Shown: one piece after another, positions 55,758 through 64,000 of the stretch | How the letters are laid out: the number at the start of each line of letters is the position of its first letter | Numbering within the stretch: position 1 is the stretch's first letter | Assembly (NCBI GenBank): GCA_050258815.1 | Contig: JBLMZM010000361.1 | Span: forward strand, 15,846 to 79,845 | Direction: 5' to 3' | Length of the DNA stretch: 64,000 nucleotides | Source of the DNA: Ignavibacteriales bacterium | GTDB lineage: Bacteria; Bacteroidota; Ignavibacteria; Ignavibacteriales; SURF-24 | Made by a program: the position numbers and the translations under genes | The notes under the pieces: model-generated | The model's input: only the letters and a program-made list of their open reading frames with translations | What the model was told of the DNA's origin: nothing | Database searches by the model: none

Positions 55758-55895
55758 TGGTACTCCTTATTAAATAAAAACCGGAATAATACGACTATGG
55801 TCGAAAATATAAACTGGAAATTAAGAAAGAAAAAGTTAAAGTGAAATTGCTATAATAAGGAATATGCAAATAATCCAAATCAGGCTGACTGGGGA

Positions 55896-56642
55896 TTAAG
55901 TCCGGCATCTGTTGATTTTTGTTATCAGGTCTTTCATGCGTTCGTAGTGGGTGCCCTTCCAGTATATTCTCCCGCAGTTTGGGCACTGGTAGAAATCCGT
56001 GTGGTATGCTTCTACCTTGGGGGGCAGTTTCGCGGATACAGAGTCCTTATCCACCTTTTCAAGCAGCGTGTTGCATTCCATGCAGCGGCTGAATTCCTTT
56101 ACCTCATTATGGAGGTGAAACCTTTCAATTACTTCAGATGCCTGTTCCGTGGGTTCTTCGCTTCTTATCCAATAGGCGTGTGTTATATCATTTCTTTTCA
56201 GCAGGTTCCTGTCTTTTGTCAGTATGACTCTTTTTTCATCGAGGGAGATCCTTACGAGGCCTTCCTTTGTGAAATTATTTTCATAAAGCGTATCGAGCCC
56301 CATCATGCGCAGATACCTGGCAAGTTTGCCAAGGTGTACGTCGGCAATAAACCTGGGCTCACGCAGCGGTTTCGGGCGCAGGCGGGTTACTTCTCCAATA
56401 TCGAAGGACTCAAAAACAGGGTAAACGCTGATGTCATCGTCATCATGCACAATATAAGTAAAATCAACCGGGCGGCCATTAACGAGTATAAGATCGATTT
56501 CCGAATGCGGTACTCCAAGGGATTCAATCATGTCCTTGACTGAAGTCCTGCCTGTATAAAGGTGAGTGAATCTTACCTTGCGCCTTTGCGGCGGCAGAAA
56601 GTCATTCAGCTCCTCATAAAACCTGAAAAATGCTCTGTGCAT
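55896..56642 (-). CDS. Mut7-C RNase (PIN-like) protein with N-terminal ubiquitin-like domain and Zn ribbon
   Basis: FRFYEELNDFLP...SVKDMIESLGVPHSEIDLILVNG; FIADVHLGKLARYLRMMGLDT; ILTKDR; CMECN...CPNCGRIYWKGTHY. Confidence 0.93.
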   Translation of the reverse strand: MHRAFFRFYEELNDFLPPQRRKVRFTHLYTGRTSVKDMIESLGVPHSEIDLILVNGRPVDFTYIVHDDDDISVYPVFESFDIGEVTRLRPKPLREPRFIADVHLGKLARYLRMMGLDTLYENNFTKEGLVRISLDEKRVILTKDRNLLKRNDITHAYWIRSEEPTEQASEVIERFHLHNEVKEFSRCMECNTLLEKVDKDSVSAKLPPKVEAYHTDFYQCPNCGRIYWKGTHYERMKDLITKINRCRT

Positions 56643-56791
56643 GGAAGAGTCTTCAGTAAATTGTCAATTCTAATAACAAACAGGCTAAGAGTCAGGTTGT
56701 TTGCTTATAAAATGAATCATATAAATATTAAATATAAAAAAGGGGAATTTTGAAAGGGATATTTTAAGGGGATATCTTGCAGAACAAGCAT

Positions 56792-56827
56792 AAAAAAGCC
56801 CTGAAAGCCGGTTAAAGCCTTCAGGGC
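56792..56827 (-). terminator. Intrinsic terminator after the PBP gene
   Basis: gccctgaa...ttcagggc stem with a minus-strand T6 tail. Confidence 0.7.
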
Positions 56828-56854
56828 CGCCTTGCAGAAAAAGCTATAAAAGGA

Positions 56855-58804
56855 TTATCTGTGGCCGATCTGACCTGAGTGCAGGTGGCAGCTTCCCTGC
56901 AGCTTCAGGAAATCCACCGGGTATACCTTGCGGTGAGGGCAGCTCAGGGTTGCCGGTTCACCCGAATCCTCACAGAGTTCAACGTCCTGTATGCTTTGAG
57001 GGCGTGCGAAAGGGGTGCCATAGAATCCGGAGAATTTCCTGGAGGCATCAGCCATCATTTTTGCCCAAATGGGTGCGCATGCCGAACCTCCGTACTGGAA
57101 ACCGCCACCCAGCTTTCTTGAAGGGTTATCATAGCCTATCCATATTGCAGTGGAAAGCTGTGTATTATAACCCACGAACCATACGTCGGCTGAATTTTGT
57201 GTGGTGCCGGTCTTGCCGGCAGCAACGCCTTTGTAGTATGACCTTACCGAAGAAGCCGTGCCGCCGTTGACAACTTCCTGGAGTGCGGTGCTCACCAGAT
57301 ATGCCGTAGCAGAATCAAGTACGGCTGCTGTTTCCTGGTGTGCGCTGTAGAGTACACGGTTGTTTTTATCCTCAATTTTAAGTATTGAGTATGGTTTTGC
57401 ATAGATGCCCTCTGCAGGAAATACCTCGAATGCTGCCGCCATTTCAAGTGGGGTTACTTCTGAGGTGCCAAGCGCAATTGAAGGATAAGGCAGTAATTCC
57501 GATTTAATGCCGAGTCTTGAGGCAAATACGGCCACAGAATCAGGTTTTGTCAGGTTAACAATTGCATCAGCAGCGCAGGCATTAACAGAGTGCTGGACCG
57601 CCGTGATCATGGGCATCATTGTGTTTGAAAAGGTTCCCGTAGAATTCTCGGGCTTCCATTCCCTTACCGTACCCGAATCCACTGTAATAGGAAAATCGTG
57701 CAGCGGAGTGGCAAGCGAGTATCCCTTTTCAAGCAGGTTTCCGTACAAAAATGCCTTGAAGGAGGATCCGGGCTGGCGATGAATTTCATCGGCGTGGTTT
57801 AAGCCGCGCGATTCTGAACCGGGATTTCCGCCAACCATTGCTCTGATTCTGCCCGTTCCTACTTCAACAGATACGAGCCCGATCTCTGCCTGCTTCATGG
57901 AACCCGGGAAACGGCCGAACTGCCAGCTAACGGCGTCCTCGGCTGCCTTCTGAATGTCGTAGCTTAGGGTGGTTGTAATTTTTATTTGATCTTTGTTCAG
58001 TGAAATTCCTCTTGAATTTAGTATTGCGAGCGCCTCCTTGCGCACGTGTTCTAAAAAATGGCGCCCAAACCCCGGATTCATCTTAAGTCCCAAGGGCAGG
58101 TCCCTGTACTTCCCGAATTCCTTTTCCGAAATCTTGCCGACCTCGAGCAGGTTGTGCAGAACCTCGTTGCGCCTGGCGAGCGTTTTCTCCGGATGTTTCG
58201 TGGGATCATAGCCGCTCGGGGACTGCAGGAGTCCCACCACTGTGGCACATTCTGCAACCGTGAGCTTCTCGGGAGTTTTGCCGAAAAATTCCTGTGCTGC
58301 GGCCCAGATACCGTAGGCTCCGTGTCCAAAATAGCAGGTATTCAGGTAAAGAAGCAGAATCTGGTCTTTTGTGTACTTCTTCTCTATTTCCTTTGCAATG
58401 CTGATTTCGGTAAGTTTTCTCGAGATTGTCTGTTCTTTTGTCAAGAAAAGATTACGTGCAAGCTGCATGGTTAGTGTGCTTCCGCCCTGTGTTGAACCGG
58501 TCAGCGTCTTAAGGATTGCCCGTCCGAGGCCTTTATATGAAACCCCGTCGTGATTGTAAAAATCCCTGTCCTCGGTAGCAATCAGCGCGTAGATTACATA
58601 TTTGGAAATGTTGCCGGTGCTTTTAACCTCAACGCGGTGTTTCTCACCATAGTATCCTATCAGCCTGCCATCGGCTGTAAGTGCGTAGGACGAATAGTCC
58701 AGCTTTACAGGGGGCAATTGGGAGTAAATAGGATTAGATATTGCGGACAGAAGAAAGAGGCAGAGCACCAGGTTCTTTACGGATAAAAAATATTTATTAT
58801 TCAT
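56855..58804 (-). CDS. Class A penicillin-binding protein (transglycosylase + transpeptidase)
   Basis: EDRDFYNHDG, QGGSTLTMQLARN, RKLTE, LYLN..YFG; PGSSFK (SxxK), SVN, GKTGTT. Confidence 0.93.
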   Translation of the reverse strand: MNNKYFLSVKNLVLCLFLLSAISNPIYSQLPPVKLDYSSYALTADGRLIGYYGEKHRVEVKSTGNISKYVIYALIATEDRDFYNHDGVSYKGLGRAILKTLTGSTQGGSTLTMQLARNLFLTKEQTISRKLTEISIAKEIEKKYTKDQILLLYLNTCYFGHGAYGIWAAAQEFFGKTPEKLTVAECATVVGLLQSPSGYDPTKHPEKTLARRNEVLHNLLEVGKISEKEFGKYRDLPLGLKMNPGFGRHFLEHVRKEALAILNSRGISLNKDQIKITTTLSYDIQKAAEDAVSWQFGRFPGSMKQAEIGLVSVEVGTGRIRAMVGGNPGSESRGLNHADEIHRQPGSSFKAFLYGNLLEKGYSLATPLHDFPITVDSGTVREWKPENSTGTFSNTMMPMITAVQHSVNACAADAIVNLTKPDSVAVFASRLGIKSELLPYPSIALGTSEVTPLEMAAAFEVFPAEGIYAKPYSILKIEDKNNRVLYSAHQETAAVLDSATAYLVSTALQEVVNGGTASSVRSYYKGVAAGKTGTTQNSADVWFVGYNTQLSTAIWIGYDNPSRKLGGGFQYGGSACAPIWAKMMADASRKFSGFYGTPFARPQSIQDVELCEDSGEPATLSCPHRKVYPVDFLKLQGSCHLHSGQIGHR

Positions 58805-59054
58805 TGTACATGTTGTGTAATAAGTAAAAATAGTAATGCCGGATCTCTTAACAGGGCATTAAATCGCCGGATAAGGAAACCGGTTCCAAAAAAAATAACG
58901 GTACAAAATTAAGGCTTCTCTGAAACAGATGCCAATTAATCTTTCGGAAGAAAAATCACTGGTTTATTATCAGGATTATGCTAAATTAAAATAATGAGCA
59001 CTGAATTTAGACAAGAGCCGTTGAAAAAGATCAGATGAAATGAAAGAGGTTTGC

Positions 59055-60569
59055 ATGGAAAAGCCCGCTAACTGCATAATTGTAATATTCGGAGCCTCGG
59101 GTGATCTTACCAAAAGAAAGCTGATTCCCGCCCTGTATAAACTTTACATTAAAAAGCTCCTGCCCGAAAAATTTGCCATCTTAGGCACAGGCAGGACGCA
59201 GATGACGGATGATTCATTCAGAGAGTCCGCTACAGAGGGTATCAGGAGTGAAGATGACAAGGATGAAAAAATGTCAGGACAGTTCCGGCAGCTGCTGCAT
59301 TATACCTCATTGAACACAAACTCACCGGAGGAATACGTAAAAATAAAGGACAGGCTCCGGGATCTGGATTCCAGCATGGAGATTGGGGGTAATTATATCT
59401 ATTATCTTGCGACTCCGCCAACAATGTACGAAACTATTGCAATGAGCCTTGGTCTGCACAGTCTTCAGGTCCAGAGCGAGGGCAGCTGGAAAAGAATGAT
59501 AATTGAAAAGCCTTTCGGCAGCGACCTGGAATCTGCAAAATCATTAAACAGGAGGCTCTGCAAGATTTTTAATGAGGACCAGATATACCGCATTGATCAT
59601 TTCCTGGGTAAGGAAACCGTGCAGAACATATTTATAATGAGGTTTGCAAACGGGATATTTGAACCCTTATGGAACAGGAACTACGTGCATCACGTGGAAA
59701 TTACTGCGGCCGAAAGCCAGGGCATTGGCAGCCGGGGAGGTTATTACGACACCTCAGGCGCATTGAGGGATATGGTGCAGAACCACCTGCTGCAGCTAGT
59801 GGGACTGGTTGCAATGGAGCCGCCTTCGACGCTTGAACCGGATTCCATACGCAATGAAAGGGTAAAGGTATTCCAGTCGTTAAGGCCCTTAAAGGCCGAA
59901 GCAGTTAACAGTTGTGTGATCCGGGGCCAGTATACGGCCTCAAACGTCAGGGGCGATGTGCTGACCGGCTACAGGGAAGAGGCAAATGTTGACCGGGAAT
60001 CGAGGACTGAGACCTACGTGGCTATTAAATTTTATATTGATAACTGGCGCTGGGGAGGAGTACCTTTTTATATCAGGACGGGCAAAAGGCTGCCCACCTC
60101 GGTAACTGAAATAGTCATACATTTCAGGCCGACACCCCACAGGTTGTTCAGACTGGCTGAAAATCCATATAATCAGCTGGTCATCCGCATCCAGCCGGAT
60201 GAGGGAATCCTTGTAAAACTGAGCATGAAAATTCCTGGTGCCGGGTATAACGTGAGGGAAATAAACCTGGATTTCCATTACTCCGAGCTCTCGGATATTC
60301 ATCTGCCTGAGGCATATGAACGCCTGCTGCTGGATGCCATGGTGGGTGATTCAACGCTGTATGCAAGGGGTGATTCGGTTGAAGCCTGCTGGGAGTTCAT
60401 ACAGCCCATTCTGGATGCCTGGAAAGAATATCCGTGGATCAGGCTCTATGGATACCCTGCCGGCAGCTGGGGACCCGAAAACGCAGATGACCTGATAGAG
60501 GGATCGGCCCTGGCCTGGAGGTATCCGTGCAAGAACCTGGAGGGGGACGGCCTGTACTGCGAGCTTTAG
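59055..60569 (+). CDS. zwf: Glucose-6-phosphate 1-dehydrogenase
   Basis: IFGASGDLTKRKLIPAL, IEKPFG.DL, RIDHFLGKETVQN, GALRDMVQNH, WRWGGVPFYIRTGK, EAYERLL; GAGGT SD before ATG 59055. Confidence 0.96.
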   Translation: MEKPANCIIVIFGASGDLTKRKLIPALYKLYIKKLLPEKFAILGTGRTQMTDDSFRESATEGIRSEDDKDEKMSGQFRQLLHYTSLNTNSPEEYVKIKDRLRDLDSSMEIGGNYIYYLATPPTMYETIAMSLGLHSLQVQSEGSWKRMIIEKPFGSDLESAKSLNRRLCKIFNEDQIYRIDHFLGKETVQNIFIMRFANGIFEPLWNRNYVHHVEITAAESQGIGSRGGYYDTSGALRDMVQNHLLQLVGLVAMEPPSTLEPDSIRNERVKVFQSLRPLKAEAVNSCVIRGQYTASNVRGDVLTGYREEANVDRESRTETYVAIKFYIDNWRWGGVPFYIRTGKRLPTSVTEIVIHFRPTPHRLFRLAENPYNQLVIRIQPDEGILVKLSMKIPGAGYNVREINLDFHYSELSDIHLPEAYERLLLDAMVGDSTLYARGDSVEACWEFIQPILDAWKEYPWIRLYGYPAGSWGPENADDLIEGSALAWRYPCKNLEGDGLYCEL

Positions 60570-60763
60570 GAGCTAATGGGAGAAATCAGCATCTGATATA
60601 TGATTACTGAGATCGTGAATATTGGAATTCTGAGGGCATATATTCAAAAAAGGTACAAAGATTTTGTGCTTTTTTATTTATTGATAATATCATTCATTTT
60701 ATATATCCTATATGAGAATAGCTATAATTTACAATTGACACAATATATATGAGGAGGGATAGT

Positions 60764-61015
60764 ATGAGCAGAGGATCGGAACAGATGACGGGATTTTTCA
60801 CCGGGATAATTGTAGGTGGACTGGTTGGAGGCATAGCAGCTTTGCTGTATACTCCTGTTTCCGGGAAAAAACTGAGAAAACAGATCGCCAAGAAGACCGA
60901 TAATATCATGGACGATATGAACGAATATTATGAAACAGTAGAGGAGATTATCAAAGATGGCAGAAAGAAGGCCGAATCCTTAATTGATGATGCAAAAAAA
61001 ATCATAGCCAGCTAA
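60764..61015 (+). CDS. YtxH-domain protein
   Basis: FFTGIIVGGLVGGIAALLYTPVSGKKLRKQI followed by a charged helix; SD GAGGAGG. Confidence 0.9.
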   Translation: MSRGSEQMTGFFTGIIVGGLVGGIAALLYTPVSGKKLRKQIAKKTDNIMDDMNEYYETVEEIIKDGRKKAESLIDDAKKIIAS

Positions 61016-61029
61016 CCCAAAAAGAAATT

Positions 61030-61063
61030 AAAAAAGCCGCCCCACGTCTGAGGCGGCTTTTTT
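61030..61063. terminator. Bidirectional intrinsic terminator
   Basis: aaaaaagccgcc...ggcggctttttt between convergent genes. Confidence 0.88.
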
Positions 61064-61091
61064 AATATACAGTAAACCGGCAAATCAGTCT

Positions 61092-62363
61092 TCATGCACC
61101 TTTTTTGCCTGATCTGGGCTGAATGGTCTTAGGCACGAAGGTCTTAACATCAAAGGGCCTGTCGATCCTGTCCGGGGGCAGTGCAGCCATTGTTGTCAGG
61201 TATCCGAAATGGAACCTTTTTGCAATTTCTCTCCAGAGTTCCGGTCTGTTGCCGTCAAAGCCCAGGGCCCATATTCCAACGCCCCGCAGGTTTTTGGATA
61301 TGGCATAATCGTACTTCATGCCGATGCTCTTTGAGTCCTCATACCATACCTGATGCCACTGGCCGTCCTGCTGATAACGGTACCAGGGCACATTATTAAT
61401 CCGGTCCCAGAATCGCTTAAGCTTTTGCCTGCCGGCCTCCTGAATTACGGTGCTGTATGTGGTACTTTCCACAAACTGCAGGTTAAAGGCCTGCGGTTCG
61501 CCGGTTTCAGTTATCCAGTGATATCCATAATAGGGAACTCCGAGTATAAGTTTCCGGGGATTGGAAGCTGTTACCTCCCCGTAGCCGAAAACTGTGCTCA
61601 AAAGGGTGCTTTCAACGCTGTAGTAGCTGCCGTTCAGAGAGGCTGAAGGACCTGAAACCCTGCTTTTGGCGTCAAAATAGTCATATCCCATCACAAATAT
61701 ATAGTCGCACGCATCTGCAAGCCCCTTGAAATTCCATCCGCCCCAGTTTACCGGGGGACCGGCAAAGGAAACCTCTGAGCCGGGCAGTTCGCGGTGCAGC
61801 TGTGCTGTAAGTTCCCGCATATAGTTGTTTACCGCACTGTTCCTGTCGCTTCGTTTCAGGCTTTCAAAATCGATGTTTACCCCGTCCAGATTAAATGTGG
61901 TAATGATATTCTTAATATGAAGGAATGTCTTTTTCTTTACATCATTATTCGTAAGTATCTGGTGTATCTGTGTGGAGTCCGTATTTGTAACGGTCATAAT
62001 TACCTTTACCCCCTTTGCGTGCGCCGAATCAATCACATCCGTCCACGGCCACATATCGGGATAGGTAATATTTCCAGAGGGGTCCGCCGGGAAATCGAAG
62101 ACGGCCAGGTGTGAAAGCAGCTCATATCTTATGCTGCTGCGGGAATCGGAATACTTCCAGGAAGGCAGATAGCCGAATACCGTACCGTTAAGGCTTTTGT
62201 TAACCGGAACCGGGCGTGCCTGGCTGTTTTCATTCAGGGAAACTTTGGGTTCTGCGGATTGGTGTCTGATATTTCTGCTGCCGACCGATTCCAACGAAGG
62301 AGCAGCAAAAATTGTGAGAAAAATTATAATTATTAGACATAGTTTAGCGGCATAATTATTCAT
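61092..62363 (-). CDS. Glycoside hydrolase family 18 protein (exported)
   Basis: LDGVNIDFE catalytic motif, FVMGYDY, KLILGVPYYG, WYED..SI..KY, GVGIWALG. Confidence 0.9.
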   Translation of the reverse strand: MNNYAAKLCLIIIIFLTIFAAPSLESVGSRNIRHQSAEPKVSLNENSQARPVPVNKSLNGTVFGYLPSWKYSDSRSSIRYELLSHLAVFDFPADPSGNITYPDMWPWTDVIDSAHAKGVKVIMTVTNTDSTQIHQILTNNDVKKKTFLHIKNIITTFNLDGVNIDFESLKRSDRNSAVNNYMRELTAQLHRELPGSEVSFAGPPVNWGGWNFKGLADACDYIFVMGYDYFDAKSRVSGPSASLNGSYYSVESTLLSTVFGYGEVTASNPRKLILGVPYYGYHWITETGEPQAFNLQFVESTTYSTVIQEAGRQKLKRFWDRINNVPWYRYQQDGQWHQVWYEDSKSIGMKYDYAISKNLRGVGIWALGFDGNRPELWREIAKRFHFGYLTTMAALPPDRIDRPFDVKTFVPKTIQPRSGKKGA

Positions 62364-62625
62364 GCGTATTCATTCCTGACAAATCTTATCTTGGTATAAA
62401 TGCAAAAAAATCCGGAAGGCTTTTATGCTGATATGGCCCTCATATTCAGAATAAAGACAAGCTTCCTAAGTACAATTAAAATAATGTAATTAAAAATAAG
62501 CAAATTGCAAAGAAAAACGAATTTTTTTGCATTTGCCTGAATGTAATAACATGTTCCACAACAAGGCAAATTACAAAAAAATTCACTTGGGCGTAAAAAT
62601 TTCAGTGCAAAATTAACGGGTAAAA

Positions 62626-63999
62626 TTACTTGCCCATTTTATACTTTACCAGTCCCGCATTTGTGGTCATCCAGAGCTGACCCTTATAGTCCAGGGTTAT
62701 GGCCTTAACCTGATTGGAAGGCATTCTGGTATTCCCTGTATTCATCGCTATAAATGAATTAATATCCTGGAATTTAAGCAGTCCTTCCGTTGTACAGACC
62801 CATCTTACATTATTGCGCACTAGGATACTGTTTATATAGTTGCTCGGCAGGCCTGAAGTCATGTTATGCCATGCATAATTAACCAGGACCGCCACGCCTC
62901 CAGGTAATCCGTTTTTAAGGTTGGGTGAAAAACCGGCCCAGACACCTTCTCCATACATTCCCACGGACAATGCAGTAACGTCATTGCCGGGCAGGTTATG
63001 GGTCTCTCTTGTATAGGTGGTCCATTGTGATCCGTCATATGAGGTAACGCCAATGCCTGCAACACCCGCCCAGAGTCTTGACTGTGCGTCACAGCTTAAA
63101 GCCTGAATCCCGTTACCGGGTATTTTGGAGTTGGAGGTGTTATAAAGTGTCCAACTTAACCCCTGAATCCTTACCAGACCCTTAAAGGTTCCTACCCATA
63201 TTACCCCTTTGGAATCAATGGAAATTGCGGTAATATAATTATCCGGGAGGATAGAGTTGCTGGTATTCCAGACCGTCCAGCCCGAGGTGCTCAACATGCA
63301 GAGCCCGTTATTAGTGCCGATCCATTTGGTAGGAGTGCTGTTTTCCTGTACAATTGCAGTAATATAATTTGATGCAATTGGCGAGTTCTGGATGTTATAG
63401 GTTTTCCATGTATCCGCATTTTTGTATACCAGCCCTCCGCCGTCAGTCCCAATCCACTGGGCATCCTCCCTGTCGGAAATTATGGCTGTCAGGGAATTTC
63501 TTGGTATCGGCGAATTTGATGTATTATAAGTTACCCATACAGAAGTATCCGCAAGTTCTTTGTAGGCGGATTTTATGTAGCTGCTTTCCACGATTACCGA
63601 GACGCTGTCATCCCTGCACTCACTGTGCCGGAATTTTATAGTATAGCTTCCGGGAATCAGGTTATTGATAGTAAATGGGGTTTTCTGTCCTATATCCTTG
63701 CCATTCAGATAAATTGATGAGTTACTGGGCTCTGATGAGCATAAGATGCTGCCGTACATGAGCGGATTTGAAAAATAGTCGACAAATATGCTTTTCTTCA
63801 CGCTATCCTTTGCCGATAACAGAAATGTAGTATCCCTGTACAGCGGCATTTTAAGAGTAATAGTATAATCCCCGCCCTTAAGCCAATTAAGGCTGTCGGG
63901 AGTATATCTTCCTGTATTTTTATTATTAAGGTATATCAGTGCTCCTTTAGGATCAGAGGAAATGGCCAGGACTCCCGTTGGAACGGGTTCGTCGGGCGG
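62626..63999 (-). CDS. PEGA-domain protein with C-terminal two-component-regulator-type beta-propeller; 5' end outside the window
   Basis: The frame stays open to the window edge: GVLAISSDPKGALIYLN...TP and GSILCSSEPSNSSIYLNG...KTP (two PEGA domains), then repeats N(T/I)(S/Q)NS.(I/L)P.N.I.AI......W(I/V)GT..GL. Confidence 0.85.
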   Translation of the reverse strand, partial: PPDEPVPTGVLAISSDPKGALIYLNNKNTGRYTPDSLNWLKGGDYTITLKMPLYRDTTFLLSAKDSVKKSIFVDYFSNPLMYGSILCSSEPSNSSIYLNGKDIGQKTPFTINNLIPGSYTIKFRHSECRDDSVSVIVESSYIKSAYKELADTSVWVTYNTSNSPIPRNSLTAIISDREDAQWIGTDGGGLVYKNADTWKTYNIQNSPIASNYITAIVQENSTPTKWIGTNNGLCMLSTSGWTVWNTSNSILPDNYITAISIDSKGVIWVGTFKGLVRIQGLSWTLYNTSNSKIPGNGIQALSCDAQSRLWAGVAGIGVTSYDGSQWTTYTRETHNLPGNDVTALSVGMYGEGVWAGFSPNLKNGLPGGVAVLVNYAWHNMTSGLPSNYINSILVRNNVRWVCTTEGLLKFQDINSFIAMNTGNTRMPSNQVKAITLDYKGQLWMTTNAGLVKYKMGK

Positions 64000-64000
64000 A

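Noticed and set aside
55758-55895. Glycine riboswitch upstream of the AGCS symporter
   Set aside because: The gap is short and AT-rich and lacks the conserved aptamer motifs.
59055-60569. zwf with DHF instead of DHY and no adjacent pgl/gnd
   Set aside because: A conservative variant with the catalytic Asp/His/Lys intact; dispersed pentose-phosphate genes are common.

Overview
A chromosomal window with no rRNA, tRNA, CRISPR array or transposase that I can recognise. Two proteins end in a 'QN(H/F)PNP(F/Y)NPST...KM(M/L)L(I/L)K' sorting domain of the type IX secretion system (T9SS), and the overall gene content fits an Ignavibacteriota/FCB-group bacterium (inference). Main contents: a response regulator plus a truncated hybrid REC-PAS-histidine kinase; a four-gene prkA-yeaH(vWA)-spoVR-prkA2 operon; secreted Fn3 and lamin-tail (LTD) proteins; an orphan chemoreceptor; transporters; an aromatic amino-acid ammonia-lyase; dxr-rseP; a small stress cluster (lmo0937-like, tandem Spy/CpxP-like, csbD); ppc, dacB, a long membrane pyrophosphatase with an unknown upstream gene, a Mut7-C RNase, a class A PBP, zwf and a GH18 hydrolase. 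Best candidates for novelty: (1) two PrkA AAA+ paralogues with complementary motif loss flanking a vWA protein and SpoVR, possibly a heteromeric AAA+/vWA/metallopeptidase machine; (2) an ammonia-lyase whose MIO-forming triad is Ala-Cys-Gly rather than Ala-Ser-Gly; (3) an internally duplicated unknown protein directly upstream of an extended K+-independent membrane pyrophosphatase; (4) a T9SS cargo with an unrecognised, possibly glycoside-hydrolase-like N-terminal domain; (5) a small palindromic insert with an 8-bp direct repeat inside a REP-like element. All family calls were made by eye from motifs, with no database searches.
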